Source of the DNA: Candidatus Aminicenantes bacterium
Lineage (GTDB): Bacteria > Acidobacteriota > Aminicenantia > Aminicenantales > JAFGBC01
Length of the DNA stretch: 64,000 nucleotides
Assembly (NCBI GenBank): GCA_963702005.1
Contig: OY969696.1
Coordinates: 1,696,001 to 1,760,000, forward strand
Reading direction: 5' to 3'
Position 1 is the stretch's first letter, and each line of letters opens with the position of its first letter. The position numbers and the translations under genes were made by a program. Positions 9,749 through 19,805 of the stretch are shown here, piece by piece. A model generated the notes under the pieces. That model had not been told where the DNA came from. It saw only the letters and a list, made by a program, of their open reading frames with translations, and did no database searches.

Positions 9749-10155
9749 AGCCGGACTATTTCGTTGACACGAGTGTCTGGATTTCCTATTTCCGCCGGGA
9801 GGGCGGCTCGGATTTCGGGGATCTCGTCGATAATCTCATCGACGAAAACCGCGTTCACATCAACGGCATCGTCCTCGCCGAGATCCTGACGGGGGCTCGA
9901 AACCCGGCCGAGTCCGACCGGCTGTCATCGGCCCTTGCCGGCTTGAAGTTCGTTCCCTGCGACCGGCCGTCTTTCGAGTCGGCCGGCCGCAACGGTTATG
10001 CCCTGAAGAGGAAAGGGATATCGGTCCCCCTGAGCGACGTGATCATCGCCACGGACTGCATCGAGCACAATTTAGTCCTGATCGACAGGGACAGCCATTT
10101 TGGCGCGATTTCCGGCCATCTCCCTCTCAAGAGGCACGCGTCGACCGGAAAATAA
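9745..10155 (+). CDS. vapC: VapC PIN-domain ribonuclease toxin
   Basis: VDTSVWI, EILTG, D.IIA, DRDSHF acidic PIN residues. Confidence 0.9.
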   Translation: MKPDYFVDTSVWISYFRREGGSDFGDLVDNLIDENRVHINGIVLAEILTGARNPAESDRLSSALAGLKFVPCDRPSFESAGRNGYALKRKGISVPLSDVIIATDCIEHNLVLIDRDSHFGAISGHLPLKRHASTGK

Positions 10156-10250
10156 AACACGGATATCGCGGCAGAAAAGTTGATTTCGAAGGATGTTCCA
10201 AGTGACAGGAAAGACCCGGCTGTAGGATAATAGCCCTTCAAGGAGGACGC

Positions 10251-11468
10251 ATGGCGAAGCAGCGCGGATATCGATCTCTGGGGACGACGTTTCCATTCAA
10301 CCGGAGAGAATTTATAAAGCTGGGCGGAGCGGCCGGGGTCGGGCTCCTCGCCGCGGGCCGGTCGCTTCTCGCGGCCCAGGCTCAACAGCCGACTCCGCCT
10401 CCCAGGCCCAGGACGAACATCGATGAGGCCCTCAAGGTCCCCCGGACAATATATTCTCTTCCGGGTCTCTTCCCGGGCAAGGTCGCCGAAGTTCACGACG
10501 AGAAAGCCATGGCCGGCAATGTCCCCAACCGGGACGTCATCAAGGCCATGTTCGAGTCGGGGCTCCAGGCGCTGACCGGAAAGACGACCGACGCGAGTTT
10601 CCCGCTCCTGTTCACGACCTCGGACGTCGTCGGGATCAAGGTCAACCCGGTCGGCCCCGGGCTGATCAGCACGCGGCTCGAGCTCGTCGACGCCGTCGTC
10701 GATTGGCTGGCCCGGAACGGCATTCCGAAAAAGAACATCGTTATCTGGGACCGCTTCGACTACATGCTGGCCGACGCCGGGTTCACCAAGGAGCGCTACC
10801 CCGGCTGCCGGATCGAAGGGCTCCAGACCATGGATGATGCGGCGGCCGAGGGCAAGACCCAGGACAACAGCCGCTGGCTGCGTCCGGACGGGACCCACGT
10901 CTCGGCCGGGAACTTCGACCTCGACGCCTATTACTGGGCGGACGTCGAGGGCCCCAAGGACCTCGCCTATCTCAATCAGCATGTCTACAACGGGAAATAC
11001 TCCTACTTCGGCAAGCTCCTGACCAAGGATCTGACCAAGTTCATCAACATTCCGGTTTTCAAGAACACCGGGAACGCGATCTCGATGGCGACCAAGAACA
11101 TTGGCTACGGCGCCGTCTGCAACACGAACCGCCTCCACGCGCCCCTCTTTCTCGACGTCTGCGTTGAAGTCCCGGCTTTTCCCGCCGTCCGCGACAAAAT
11201 GGTCCTCAACATCACGGACGGGCTCCGGGCTCAATATGAGGGCGGTCCCGGTCCCGAGGCCAAGTTCAGTTACCTCTACAATACGCTGTTCCTGGCGACC
11301 GATCCCTTCGCCCTCGACCTCGTCTGCCACAACATCCTGGTCGAGAAACGCAAGAGCATGGGTGTCCGAGTCAACGAGCATCCCAAATTCACCGAATATT
11401 TCCGGTACGCCCAGAAGCTCGGCTTGGGGATCGGCGATCCGGCGGTCATCAACCACGTAAGAGCCTGA
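10251..11468 (+). CDS. Tat-exported DUF362-domain protein
   Basis: NRREFIK twin-Arg signal; VGIKVN, INIPVFKN, KNIGYG, TDPFALD motifs. Confidence 0.75.
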   Translation: MAKQRGYRSLGTTFPFNRREFIKLGGAAGVGLLAAGRSLLAAQAQQPTPPPRPRTNIDEALKVPRTIYSLPGLFPGKVAEVHDEKAMAGNVPNRDVIKAMFESGLQALTGKTTDASFPLLFTTSDVVGIKVNPVGPGLISTRLELVDAVVDWLARNGIPKKNIVIWDRFDYMLADAGFTKERYPGCRIEGLQTMDDAAAEGKTQDNSRWLRPDGTHVSAGNFDLDAYYWADVEGPKDLAYLNQHVYNGKYSYFGKLLTKDLTKFINIPVFKNTGNAISMATKNIGYGAVCNTNRLHAPLFLDVCVEVPAFPAVRDKMVLNITDGLRAQYEGGPGPEAKFSYLYNTLFLATDPFALDLVCHNILVEKRKSMGVRVNEHPKFTEYFRYAQKLGLGIGDPAVINHVRA

Positions 11469-11491
11469 CGAACGGAGGGTTTTTATTAGTT

Positions 11492-12358
11492 ATGGCATTT
11501 AAGAAGGGGTGGCTCCTCGCGGGGACCGTCCTGCTGGCGGCCGCGGCCTGGGGGCAGGGGAGGGGCCTCCCGCCGGCGGCCGATTTCGCCCCGGGCTGGA
11601 GCCTGGGAGAGAAGCTCGTTTTCGAAAAGGGCAACCTTTATGACTTCATCGACGGCGGTGCCGACCTTTACCTCGAGTTCGGGTTCGAGCGGATCCTCGT
11701 CCAGCGCTACGGGAAAGGCGATGCCGAGCTGACCCTCGAAGCCTATGAGATGACGGACGCGGACGCCGCCCTGGGCATCTATCTTATGAAATGCGGCGCC
11801 GAGACGCCGGTCGCGGACATCCCGGCCCGGAACACCGGAGAGGCGGCCCAGCTGACAATCCTCAAGGGCCGCTACTTTCTGCACGTCAACAGCTTCGGCG
11901 CCGGAGCGGATTTACTTCCCGATATGGTCCGCCTGGCTCGGCGCGCCCTGGAGTCCATTCCGGATGAGCGTCCCCGCCGCAATCTCGACCTGCTGCCCGC
12001 CGAGGGTCTCGTCCCGGGGTCGGAGCGGACCATTAGGGGTCCCATTGCTCTCCAGTCCATCTATACGCTCGGCGAAGCCGACATCCTGCTCTTAGGCGGC
12101 CGGCTGATTGGGGTCGCCGGGGATTATCGGGCCGAGAGCGGTCCCTGGACGCTCATCATCGTTCCTTATCCGGACGAGGCCGCAGCCTCATCCGCTCTCG
12201 CAAATCTCCGCGCCCGTCTTGATCCTTATCTTAAAGTCACCGGGGAACGGGCTGACGGCTTTGTCTTCGAGGATTTCAAGAAGAAGTTCGGGGCCGCCCT
12301 GCGGAAAGGGGCTACACTCGAGATCAGGCTGAACCTGGTTCGCCCGCCCGAGAAGTAG
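11492..12358 (+). CDS. Secreted DUF6599-like protein
   Basis: Signal peptide; NLYDFIDGGADLYLEFGF, E.YEM....ALGIY, KGRYF. Confidence 0.6.
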   Translation: MAFKKGWLLAGTVLLAAAAWGQGRGLPPAADFAPGWSLGEKLVFEKGNLYDFIDGGADLYLEFGFERILVQRYGKGDAELTLEAYEMTDADAALGIYLMKCGAETPVADIPARNTGEAAQLTILKGRYFLHVNSFGAGADLLPDMVRLARRALESIPDERPRRNLDLLPAEGLVPGSERTIRGPIALQSIYTLGEADILLLGGRLIGVAGDYRAESGPWTLIIVPYPDEAAASSALANLRARLDPYLKVTGERADGFVFEDFKKKFGAALRKGATLEIRLNLVRPPEK

Positions 12359-12362
12359 TCCA

Positions 12363-13445
12363 TTGGAATTAGGACCGGTGTTTTTTAACCCGTTCGCGAT
12401 CGCTCGGGACATCCAGGACCTCGTCAAGGCCGAGGAGTCCTTGCGCGGGAGCGAGGAGCGCTACCGCCAGATCGTGGAGACGGCCGAGGAGGGCGTCTGG
12501 GTCATCGACGCCGAGAGCCGGACCGTGTTTGTCAACCGGAAAATGGCCGCGATCTTCGGCTATGGACCGGATGAGATGATCGGCAAATCCCTGTTCGATT
12601 TCGTGGACGAGGAGGCAGAAAAAGCCGCCCATTCTCTGATCGATCGCAAAAAAGAAGGCATTAGCGAACAGCACGATTTCAGATTCCGCCGCAAGGACGG
12701 AACACCGGTCTGGACGATCGTCTCCGCGAATCCCATCTACGCTCCCGACGGCGGCTATGCCGGGAGTCTCGGGATGATTACCGATATCACGGATCGGAAA
12801 CGGACGGAGGATGCCCTGGCGACCGCCCTTAAGGAGAAGGAAGTCCTGCTCCGCGAGATCTATCACAGGTCCAAGAACAACATGCAGGTCGTTTCCAGCC
12901 TCCTCAACCTTCAGGCGGGACGGATCGCCGATCCCGCCTTCCGGGAGATCCTCAAGCAGAGCCAGAGCCGCATCCGCTCGATGGCCCTCGTCCACGAAAA
13001 ACTCTATCGATCCAAGGACCTGACCCGGATTGACTTCAGGGATTATATCGAAAGCCTGGCCTCGCAGCTGTTCGCGTCGGTCGGAACGGATCCCGACGAA
13101 GTCGCCTTGCGCTTGGATATCGAGGCGGTCGCCCTCAACGTCAATACGGCCATCCCCTGCGGACTGATCCTCAACGAGCTCCTCATGAACGCCCTTAAGC
13201 ATGCCTTCCCGGGGGGCCGGAGAGGAGAGATCGACGTTTCGCTCCGCTCGGCCGACGGCGGGAAATTCATCCTGAAGGTTTCCGACAACGGCGTGGGCTT
13301 CCCCCCGGATCTCGATTTCCGCGAGACGCGAACGTTGGGCCTGGAAATTGTCGCCACCCTAGTCGACCAGATCGAAGGGACGATCGCGCTCGACCGGACC
13401 AATGGGACGGCCTTCAGGATCGAATTCAAAGAACAAACCTCTTAG
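12363..13445 (+). CDS. PAS-domain sensor histidine kinase (HisKA_2 type), apparently 5'-truncated
   Basis: One PAS/PAC, LREIYHRSKNNMQ H-box, NELLMNALKHAF, DNGVG, LGL; begins with the tail of a previous PAC (AIARDIQD) and has no RBS. Confidence 0.75.
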   Translation: MELGPVFFNPFAIARDIQDLVKAEESLRGSEERYRQIVETAEEGVWVIDAESRTVFVNRKMAAIFGYGPDEMIGKSLFDFVDEEAEKAAHSLIDRKKEGISEQHDFRFRRKDGTPVWTIVSANPIYAPDGGYAGSLGMITDITDRKRTEDALATALKEKEVLLREIYHRSKNNMQVVSSLLNLQAGRIADPAFREILKQSQSRIRSMALVHEKLYRSKDLTRIDFRDYIESLASQLFASVGTDPDEVALRLDIEAVALNVNTAIPCGLILNELLMNALKHAFPGGRRGEIDVSLRSADGGKFILKVSDNGVGFPPDLDFRETRTLGLEIVATLVDQIEGTIALDRTNGTAFRIEFKEQTS

Positions 13446-13481
13446 CCGGTCCGCCTCATCCGGGTGGGGGTCAAATCTTCG

Positions 13482-15272
13482 TCAGGATTTAAGGGCGCGG
13501 GCCATCCGCTCGTATTCCTGGTTGATTTCGTAGGGGAGGTGACGGCCGAAGGTATCCAGGAACGCCTTGATCTCGGCGAGCTCATCGTCCCATTCCCCGC
13601 GTTTGATCTCGAACAGGGACTCGACCTTGTTGGGGGGGATATCGAGGCCGTCGAGGACGAGATCCTTGACGTGGGGGACGAGCCCGAACGGGGTTTCCTT
13701 GGCCCCGACCTTCCCGTCGACCCGGTCCAGGATCCATTTAATGACGCGGGCGTTGTCCCCGAAGCCGGGCCAGATGAACTGGCCCCGCTCGTCCGTCCGG
13801 AACCAGTTCACGGAGTAAATCCGGGGCGGCCGGGAGCAGAGGCTTCCGATGTCGATCCAGTGCCGGAAGTAGTCGCCCATGTTGTAGCCGCAAAAGGGGA
13901 GCATGGCGAAGGGGTCTCGCCGGAGCACTCCGACTTTTCCGGCGGCGGCCGCGGTCGTCTCGGAACCGGTCCGGGCGCCCATGAACACGCCGTGGGGCCA
14001 GTTGAAGGATTCGGTCACGAGCGGGATGAGTCTTGAGCGCCGGCCGCCCAGGAGGACGGCCGAAATGGGGACTCCGAGCGGATTGTCGAAATCTTTGGAC
14101 AGGGTCGGGCAGTTGTAGAGGGAAACGGTGAACCGCGAGTTGGGATGGGCCGCCTTAGTGCCCTTGGAAGGATCCCAGGGCTGGCTCTGCCAGTCGAGGA
14201 GGTCTTTACCGGCCGGGTCGCCGAAGCCCTCCCACCAGGGTTCGTTGGCCGTCCGGTCGAGCGCGACGTTGGTGAACAGGGTCGGATAGGACTTGGCCGC
14301 CCGCAGCGTCCGGACCATGTTGGGGTTCGTCTTCATCGAGGTGCCGGGGGCGACGCCGAAGAAGCCGGCCTCGGGGTTGATGGCGTAGAGGCGGCCGTCC
14401 GGGCCGATGTTGAGCCAGGCGATGTCGTCGCCGACCGTCCAGACCCGGTATTCGGGCAGGGCCGACTCGAGCATGGCCAGGTTGGTCTTGCCGCAGGCCG
14501 AGGGCATGGCGGCCGTCACGTAGCGGACGTTGCCCTTGATGTCCTCGATGCCCATGATGACCATGTGCTCGGCCAGCCAGCCGTAGCGGTAGCCCTGCCA
14601 GGAGGCGATCCGGAGCGAGAAGCATTTCTTGCCGAGGAGGGCGTTCCCGCCGTAGCCCGAGCCGACGCTCCAGACGAAATCCTCGTCCGGAAAATGCATG
14701 ATGAAGCGGCGGTTGGGGTCGAAGTCGCCGACCGAATGGAAGCCGCGGGTGAAACTCTCGCCGGTTCCGATCTTGGTGAGGACGTGTCGGCCCATGCGGG
14801 TCATGATCCGCATCGAGATGGCCACATAGGAGACATCCGTGATCTGGACGCAGGCCTTCGCGTAGGGGGAGTCGGGATGGCCCATCATGTAGGGGAGGAC
14901 GTACATCGTCTTGCCCCGCATGCAGCCGCGGCTGAGCCCGGTCATGACGTCCTTGGCCTCGCGGGGATCCATCCAGTTATTGTTGGGGCCGGACCGCTCC
15001 TTCTCGGGCTGGCAGACAAAGGTCAGCTGCTCGGTCCGGGCGACGTCGGTCGGATGGCTGCGGTGGAGATAGGCCTTGGGCCAGGTCTTCTGGTTGAGCT
15101 CGTGGAAGATGTCGTGGGCGCCGATCCGCTCCTCGCGCATCCCCGTCTCAATCAGGCGGCGGGCCTCGCCCTCGGAGCCGTCGCACCACATAATGGATTT
15201 GGGGAGGGTGAGGGCGGCCACCTCCTCGACCCATTTCTCAACGGCTGTCGCCATGGGACTATTGAATATCAT
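13482..15272 (-). CDS. pckG: Phosphoenolpyruvate carboxykinase (GTP)
   Basis: SGYGGNALLGKKC, WLAEHM, PSACGKTNLAM, VGDDIAW, NPEAGFFGVAPGT, HPNSRF, RDPFAMLPFCGY. Confidence 0.95.
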   Translation of the reverse strand: MIFNSPMATAVEKWVEEVAALTLPKSIMWCDGSEGEARRLIETGMREERIGAHDIFHELNQKTWPKAYLHRSHPTDVARTEQLTFVCQPEKERSGPNNNWMDPREAKDVMTGLSRGCMRGKTMYVLPYMMGHPDSPYAKACVQITDVSYVAISMRIMTRMGRHVLTKIGTGESFTRGFHSVGDFDPNRRFIMHFPDEDFVWSVGSGYGGNALLGKKCFSLRIASWQGYRYGWLAEHMVIMGIEDIKGNVRYVTAAMPSACGKTNLAMLESALPEYRVWTVGDDIAWLNIGPDGRLYAINPEAGFFGVAPGTSMKTNPNMVRTLRAAKSYPTLFTNVALDRTANEPWWEGFGDPAGKDLLDWQSQPWDPSKGTKAAHPNSRFTVSLYNCPTLSKDFDNPLGVPISAVLLGGRRSRLIPLVTESFNWPHGVFMGARTGSETTAAAAGKVGVLRRDPFAMLPFCGYNMGDYFRHWIDIGSLCSRPPRIYSVNWFRTDERGQFIWPGFGDNARVIKWILDRVDGKVGAKETPFGLVPHVKDLVLDGLDIPPNKVESLFEIKRGEWDDELAEIKAFLDTFGRHLPYEINQEYERMARALKS

Positions 15273-15318
15273 AGGGACGTGGGCTTGTCAAAACGCGAAT
15301 CAGCGGCGCTCGTCAATT

Positions 15319-15385
15319 GGTGACGCTAAACCATTTCCCTTTCTCGGGGGGAAGTTGTTCAAGAGTGACACGGTTAAGCGTCACC
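15319..15385. repeat. REP/MITE-like element with 14-bp inverted arms
   Basis: GGTGACGCTAAACC (15319) / GGTTAAGCGTCACC (15372), 1 mismatch; related copy at 17587. Confidence 0.65.
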
Positions 15386-15399
15386 TGATGGGCTGCATC

Positions 15400-17490
15400 T
15401 TACTTAAGTTTCGAGACGAAGACGTCTTCCCCGTAATTGAAGGAATTATCGAAGGGATTCTTTCTGGGGAAATCAGCCGAGACCGTCGTCCCCGTGACGA
15501 AGACCTCTCCGTTGGGCCTGATGGCGACGGCATACCCTTCCTCCCAGCTTCCTCCTCCCAGGTAGGTCGAGAAGAGGAGGGCTTTTCCCGTTTTGGCGAA
15601 CTTGGTCACGAAAACGTCCGAAGACCCGCCTATGACCTTGTCAAAGGCGTTCTTCATCGGGAAATCCTTGGAAGTCGTCTCGCCGGTCAAGCAGGCGATA
15701 CCGTCGCCGGTCACGGCAAGTGCATAAGCTCGATCGTCGCCCTTTCCGCCCAGGTAGGTCGAGTACGTCAGGGTTTTTCCGGTCGGCGCGAACTTTGTCA
15801 GGAAGCATTCCATTTCCTTGCTCGCGTTGAATGTGGGATCGAAGGCGTTGAGGACCGGGAAGTCGGGGGAATCGGTCTGTCCCCCGACATAGGCGGAGCC
15901 CGTTTTATCGACGCCGATCCCCCAGCCGTACTCGTTGATTCCGTCTCCGCCGAGGTAGGTCGAGTAGGCCAGGGTTTTGCCGGAAGGATTGAACTTGGTG
16001 ACGAAGGCGTCGATCATGCTGCCCAGCGTCGTGTCGAAGGCGTTCTTCATCGGAAAATCGTACGAACCGGTAAACCCGGTGACATAAGCGGAGCCGTACT
16101 GATCCACGGCAATGGCGTTGCCGTCCTCTCCGCCCGTTCCTCCGAGGAAGGTCGAGTAAGCGAGGGACGATCCCGACGGGTCGAGCTTGGTCACAAAGGC
16201 ATCTCCGGTGCCGCCTAACGAGTTGTCGAACGCGTTCTTCCTCGGGAAATCGGACGAGTTCGTCATCCCGACGATATAAGCGGCCTTGTTTTTGTCGAGG
16301 GCGATGCCCCTGCCGATTTCTCCGCTGGCCCCCCCCAGGTACGTTGAAAAAACGAGGCTGTTGCCGGCCGGCGACAGCTTAGTGACGAAGACGTCCAGAA
16401 AGCCGTTGAGCGAATGATCGAAGCCGGCCTTGACCGGGAAGTCGGCGGAGCTCGTCTTTCCGGTTACATAGGCGCATCCGGCCGCGTCGACGGCGATGGC
16501 ATAGCCGTAATCCGATTCCCCGCCCCCCAGGAAGGTTGAATAGACCAGGGCGTTTCCGGCCGGGGTCAGCTTGGAAATAAAAACGTCGAACGAGCCGTTC
16601 CGAGTGCTGTCATAGGCGTTTTTAACCGGGAATCCGGATGACGACGTATATCCGGTGACATAGGCCGAGCCGGCGCTGTCCACGGCGATGCCCTGGCCGT
16701 AATCAAAGCCGTTCCCTCCCAAGAACGTGGAGTAGATGAGGGGGTCGATGACGAGGTCATGCTCGCGGTCATAGGCGCCGACCCGGAAGCCGAAGGCGTC
16801 GGGACACCGCCGCTCGAAGGACGTCGCGACATCGACCCTCCGCCCGTCGATCCGTTGATAGGCGACGGGCTTTCGATGGACGAGGTTGCCGAAGGCGGTG
16901 GAGACGACCAGATTGCCATTAACGTCCAGCCGGACTCCATCCCCGTTCTTGAAGCGGATGGTTTTCGGGTCGCCCCCGGGCCGGACGATCCAATCGTATT
17001 CGATCGTCTTTTCGACGCCGTAGACCTTGAGGTCGATGTCCGGGTAGAGATCCTTGTAGTCCACGGCCTTCCAGGTCGGGATATCTGTCCGCCACTCGGC
17101 CGGGTCGGAGCCGATGAAAGAATTCACCCGGTGGCCGTCGGACTCGAAAGCCCGGACCTCGGTCCCGGGATTCGTCTCGAGAAAGACGAGCCGTGAGGTT
17201 TGTTCTTCCCATCCGCCCTTCGGATTTTCCCGAAGAACGGACATGGTGAGGCTTTCCTTTGTCAGAGACAAGGAATAGCGCGAAGCCTTGACCGTGAAGA
17301 GGACTTCGGGAGAGGCTTGTCCCTGATTGGGGATGAAGTAGAGAGGAATGCGTCCGAAGTCCGGGCTCGGAGAGACGGCCTGGAGATGTTCTCCGGTCGC
17401 CCGGGCAGAAACGGCCTCGATTCTGCCTGAACTGGCCCCGGCCAGAAGGGCTCCCAGAAGAAAGAAAGATAAAAAGACTTTGATTCTCAC
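15400..17490 (-). CDS. Secreted SBBP-repeat (7-bladed beta-propeller) protein
   Basis: Signal peptide, YFIPNQGQ N-terminal domain, seven [YF]ST[YF]LGG...[GA]IAVD..G.AYVTG.T.S.DFP repeats. Confidence 0.88.
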   Translation of the reverse strand: MRIKVFLSFFLLGALLAGASSGRIEAVSARATGEHLQAVSPSPDFGRIPLYFIPNQGQASPEVLFTVKASRYSLSLTKESLTMSVLRENPKGGWEEQTSRLVFLETNPGTEVRAFESDGHRVNSFIGSDPAEWRTDIPTWKAVDYKDLYPDIDLKVYGVEKTIEYDWIVRPGGDPKTIRFKNGDGVRLDVNGNLVVSTAFGNLVHRKPVAYQRIDGRRVDVATSFERRCPDAFGFRVGAYDREHDLVIDPLIYSTFLGGNGFDYGQGIAVDSAGSAYVTGYTSSSGFPVKNAYDSTRNGSFDVFISKLTPAGNALVYSTFLGGGESDYGYAIAVDAAGCAYVTGKTSSADFPVKAGFDHSLNGFLDVFVTKLSPAGNSLVFSTYLGGASGEIGRGIALDKNKAAYIVGMTNSSDFPRKNAFDNSLGGTGDAFVTKLDPSGSSLAYSTFLGGTGGEDGNAIAVDQYGSAYVTGFTGSYDFPMKNAFDTTLGSMIDAFVTKFNPSGKTLAYSTYLGGDGINEYGWGIGVDKTGSAYVGGQTDSPDFPVLNAFDPTFNASKEMECFLTKFAPTGKTLTYSTYLGGKGDDRAYALAVTGDGIACLTGETTSKDFPMKNAFDKVIGGSSDVFVTKFAKTGKALLFSTYLGGGSWEEGYAVAIRPNGEVFVTGTTVSADFPRKNPFDNSFNYGEDVFVSKLK

Positions 17491-17586
17491 CTTCCCTCCT
17501 TAATTGCTAATGAATATAGGATTCAAAAATCCTACAATGCAAATCCGGTCCGAAGATATCGCGAAAACCATTTTTTGTCAATCAGG

Positions 17587-17626
17587 TCGGTGACGCTTAA
17601 CCCGTTCGTCGACTGAGCGTCACCGA
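17587..17626. repeat. REP/MITE-like inverted repeat, same family as 15319
   Basis: TCGGTGACGCT / AGCGTCACCGA perfect arms; left arm GGTGACGCTTAACC is the exact reverse complement of 15372-15385. Confidence 0.65.
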
Positions 17627-17684
17627 TTGATTTTTGACTGCGGATGGGACGTGTGCTATATAAACTCCATTCGGAGGTAAACCC

Positions 17685-19730
17685 ATGCGACGTCATTTCA
17701 TCGTCATGATCATCGCCCTTCTCGTCATCGGCGGGCCGTCGGCCCGGTCCTGGGCAGCCGACAGCCATCCCTTTTCGGTCCACGACATGCTGGCCATGGA
17801 CCGGATCTCGGACTCCCAGGTTTCGCCCGACGGAAAGTGGATCGTCTTCAACCTCAGGGAGACCGACTTGGCCGCGAACCGGGGCCGGACCGACCTTTGG
17901 CTGGTCGGAACTGACGGCCAAGGCCTGCGCCGCCTGACAAGCAACCCGGCGGCCGACTTCAACGGCCGCTGGTCGTCCTGCGGCAAATGCGTCTTTTTCC
18001 TCTCTACGCGCTCCGGATCTTCCCAGGTCTGGCGGATCAAAGTTGACGGGGGGGAGGCTCAGCAGGTCACTAAATTCCCGCTCGATGTGGGGAACCTGAT
18101 CGTGGCTCCGGCCGGCGACATGATCGCCGTGACCATGGAGGTCTTTCCCGGCATGACGGTCGAGGCCACCGCTAAAAAGCTCGAGGACATCGCCAACCGA
18201 AAAGCCACCGGACGGATATACGACAGGCTTTTCGTCCGCCACTGGGATACCTGGAGCGACGGCCGCCGCTCCCATCTTTTCGTCCTCCCCAAGCAGGGCG
18301 GCGAGGCCAAGGACCTCATGCCGGCCATGGACGCCGACACGCCCCATAAGCCCTTCGGCGGACCGGAGGAGATCGCCTTTACCGCCGACGGCAAAGGCCT
18401 TGTTTTTACGGCGCGCGGCCTGGGCAAGGACGAAGCCTGGTCTACGAACATGGATCTTTATTATGCCCCCGTCGACGGGTCCCAGGCGCCCAAGTGCCTG
18501 ACCGAGGCCAACAAGGCCTGGGACGCGACGCCCGTCTTTTCGCCCGACGGGAAAACCCTGGCCTATTTGGCCATGGCCCGGCCCGGCTACGAGGCCGACC
18601 GCTTCCGGATCATCCTCAAGGATTGGCCGGACGGCAAGGAACGGGTCCTGGCCGAGCCCTGGGACTTTTCGGTGGCGTCGCTCGGCTGGTCGGAGGATGG
18701 GACGAAAATCCTGGCTACGGCCGGCAACAAGGGGCAAACGTCGCTCTTCGCGATCGACGTCAAGACGGGAGAGGCTAAGACTGCAGTCGAGATGGGAACC
18801 ATAAACGGATTCGCTCCGGCCGCGGGGCGGGTCATCTTCGAACGGCACACCCTGCGCGCCCCGGTCGAGATCTACTCCGTCAAACCCGACGGAAGCGACG
18901 AGAAGGCCGTCACTTCCATCAACGCCGCCAAGGTCGCCGCCGCCCGGATGGGCGAGCCCGAGCAGTTCTCGTTCAAGGGCTGGAATAACGAGACGGTCTA
19001 CGGCTACATCGTCAAGCCCGTGGACTTCAACGCCGCCAAGAAGTATCCGGTCGCTTTCCTCATCCATGGCGGGCCTCAGGGTTCGTTCGGAAACGACTTT
19101 CACTATCGTTGGAATCCCCAAGCCTACGCCGGCGCCGGCTATGCGGCCGTCATGGTCGATTTCCACGGCTCGACCGGCTACGGCCAGGCCTTCTGCGATT
19201 CGATCCGCGGCGATTGGGGCGGGAAGCCCCTCGTCGACCTCCAGAAGGGTCTCGAGGCCGCCCTCAAGCGCTATCCCTGGATGGACGGGACGCGGGTCGG
19301 CGCGCTGGGCGCATCGTTCGGCGGATACATGATCAACTGGATCGCCGGGGCCTGGCCGGACCGCTTCAAATGCCTGGTCAGCCACGACGGGAACCTGGAC
19401 GAGCTGGCGGCCTACTACGACACCGAGGAGCTTTGGTTCCCGGAGTGGGATCACCTCGGCACGCCCTGGGACAATCCCAAGGGCTACGAGAAACACAACC
19501 CCGTCAACCTCGTCAAGAACTGGAAGACGCCCTGGCTCGTCGTCCACGGCGGACAGGACTTCCGGGTCGTCGAGACCCAGGGGCTGTCGGCCTTCAACGC
19601 CCTCCAGCGGCGCGGCGTCCCCAGCAAGTTCCTCTATTTCCCCGACGAGAACCACTGGGTTCTCAAGCCGGCCAACTCCATCCTCTGGCACGAGACGGTC
19701 ATCGGCTGGCTCGACCAGTGGCTGAAGTAA
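17685..19730 (+). CDS. S9 family peptidase (dipeptidyl-peptidase 5-like)
   Basis: Signal peptide, SPDG propeller repeats, IHGGPQ, GASFGG nucleophile, DFRV, ENH. Confidence 0.92.
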   Translation: MRRHFIVMIIALLVIGGPSARSWAADSHPFSVHDMLAMDRISDSQVSPDGKWIVFNLRETDLAANRGRTDLWLVGTDGQGLRRLTSNPAADFNGRWSSCGKCVFFLSTRSGSSQVWRIKVDGGEAQQVTKFPLDVGNLIVAPAGDMIAVTMEVFPGMTVEATAKKLEDIANRKATGRIYDRLFVRHWDTWSDGRRSHLFVLPKQGGEAKDLMPAMDADTPHKPFGGPEEIAFTADGKGLVFTARGLGKDEAWSTNMDLYYAPVDGSQAPKCLTEANKAWDATPVFSPDGKTLAYLAMARPGYEADRFRIILKDWPDGKERVLAEPWDFSVASLGWSEDGTKILATAGNKGQTSLFAIDVKTGEAKTAVEMGTINGFAPAAGRVIFERHTLRAPVEIYSVKPDGSDEKAVTSINAAKVAAARMGEPEQFSFKGWNNETVYGYIVKPVDFNAAKKYPVAFLIHGGPQGSFGNDFHYRWNPQAYAGAGYAAVMVDFHGSTGYGQAFCDSIRGDWGGKPLVDLQKGLEAALKRYPWMDGTRVGALGASFGGYMINWIAGAWPDRFKCLVSHDGNLDELAAYYDTEELWFPEWDHLGTPWDNPKGYEKHNPVNLVKNWKTPWLVVHGGQDFRVVETQGLSAFNALQRRGVPSKFLYFPDENHWVLKPANSILWHETVIGWLDQWLK

Positions 19731-19805
19731 TCGTATTTGCGGCTCAAGGTTACGATATTTTCAGTCGAGCTCTTGCATGAATTGGATGATGTTACCGGTG
19801 TCGAG

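Noticed and set aside
15400-16740. Periodic DNA repeats as a CRISPR array
   Set aside because: They are degenerate coding repeats of the SBBP propeller; no identical repeats with unique spacers and no cas genes
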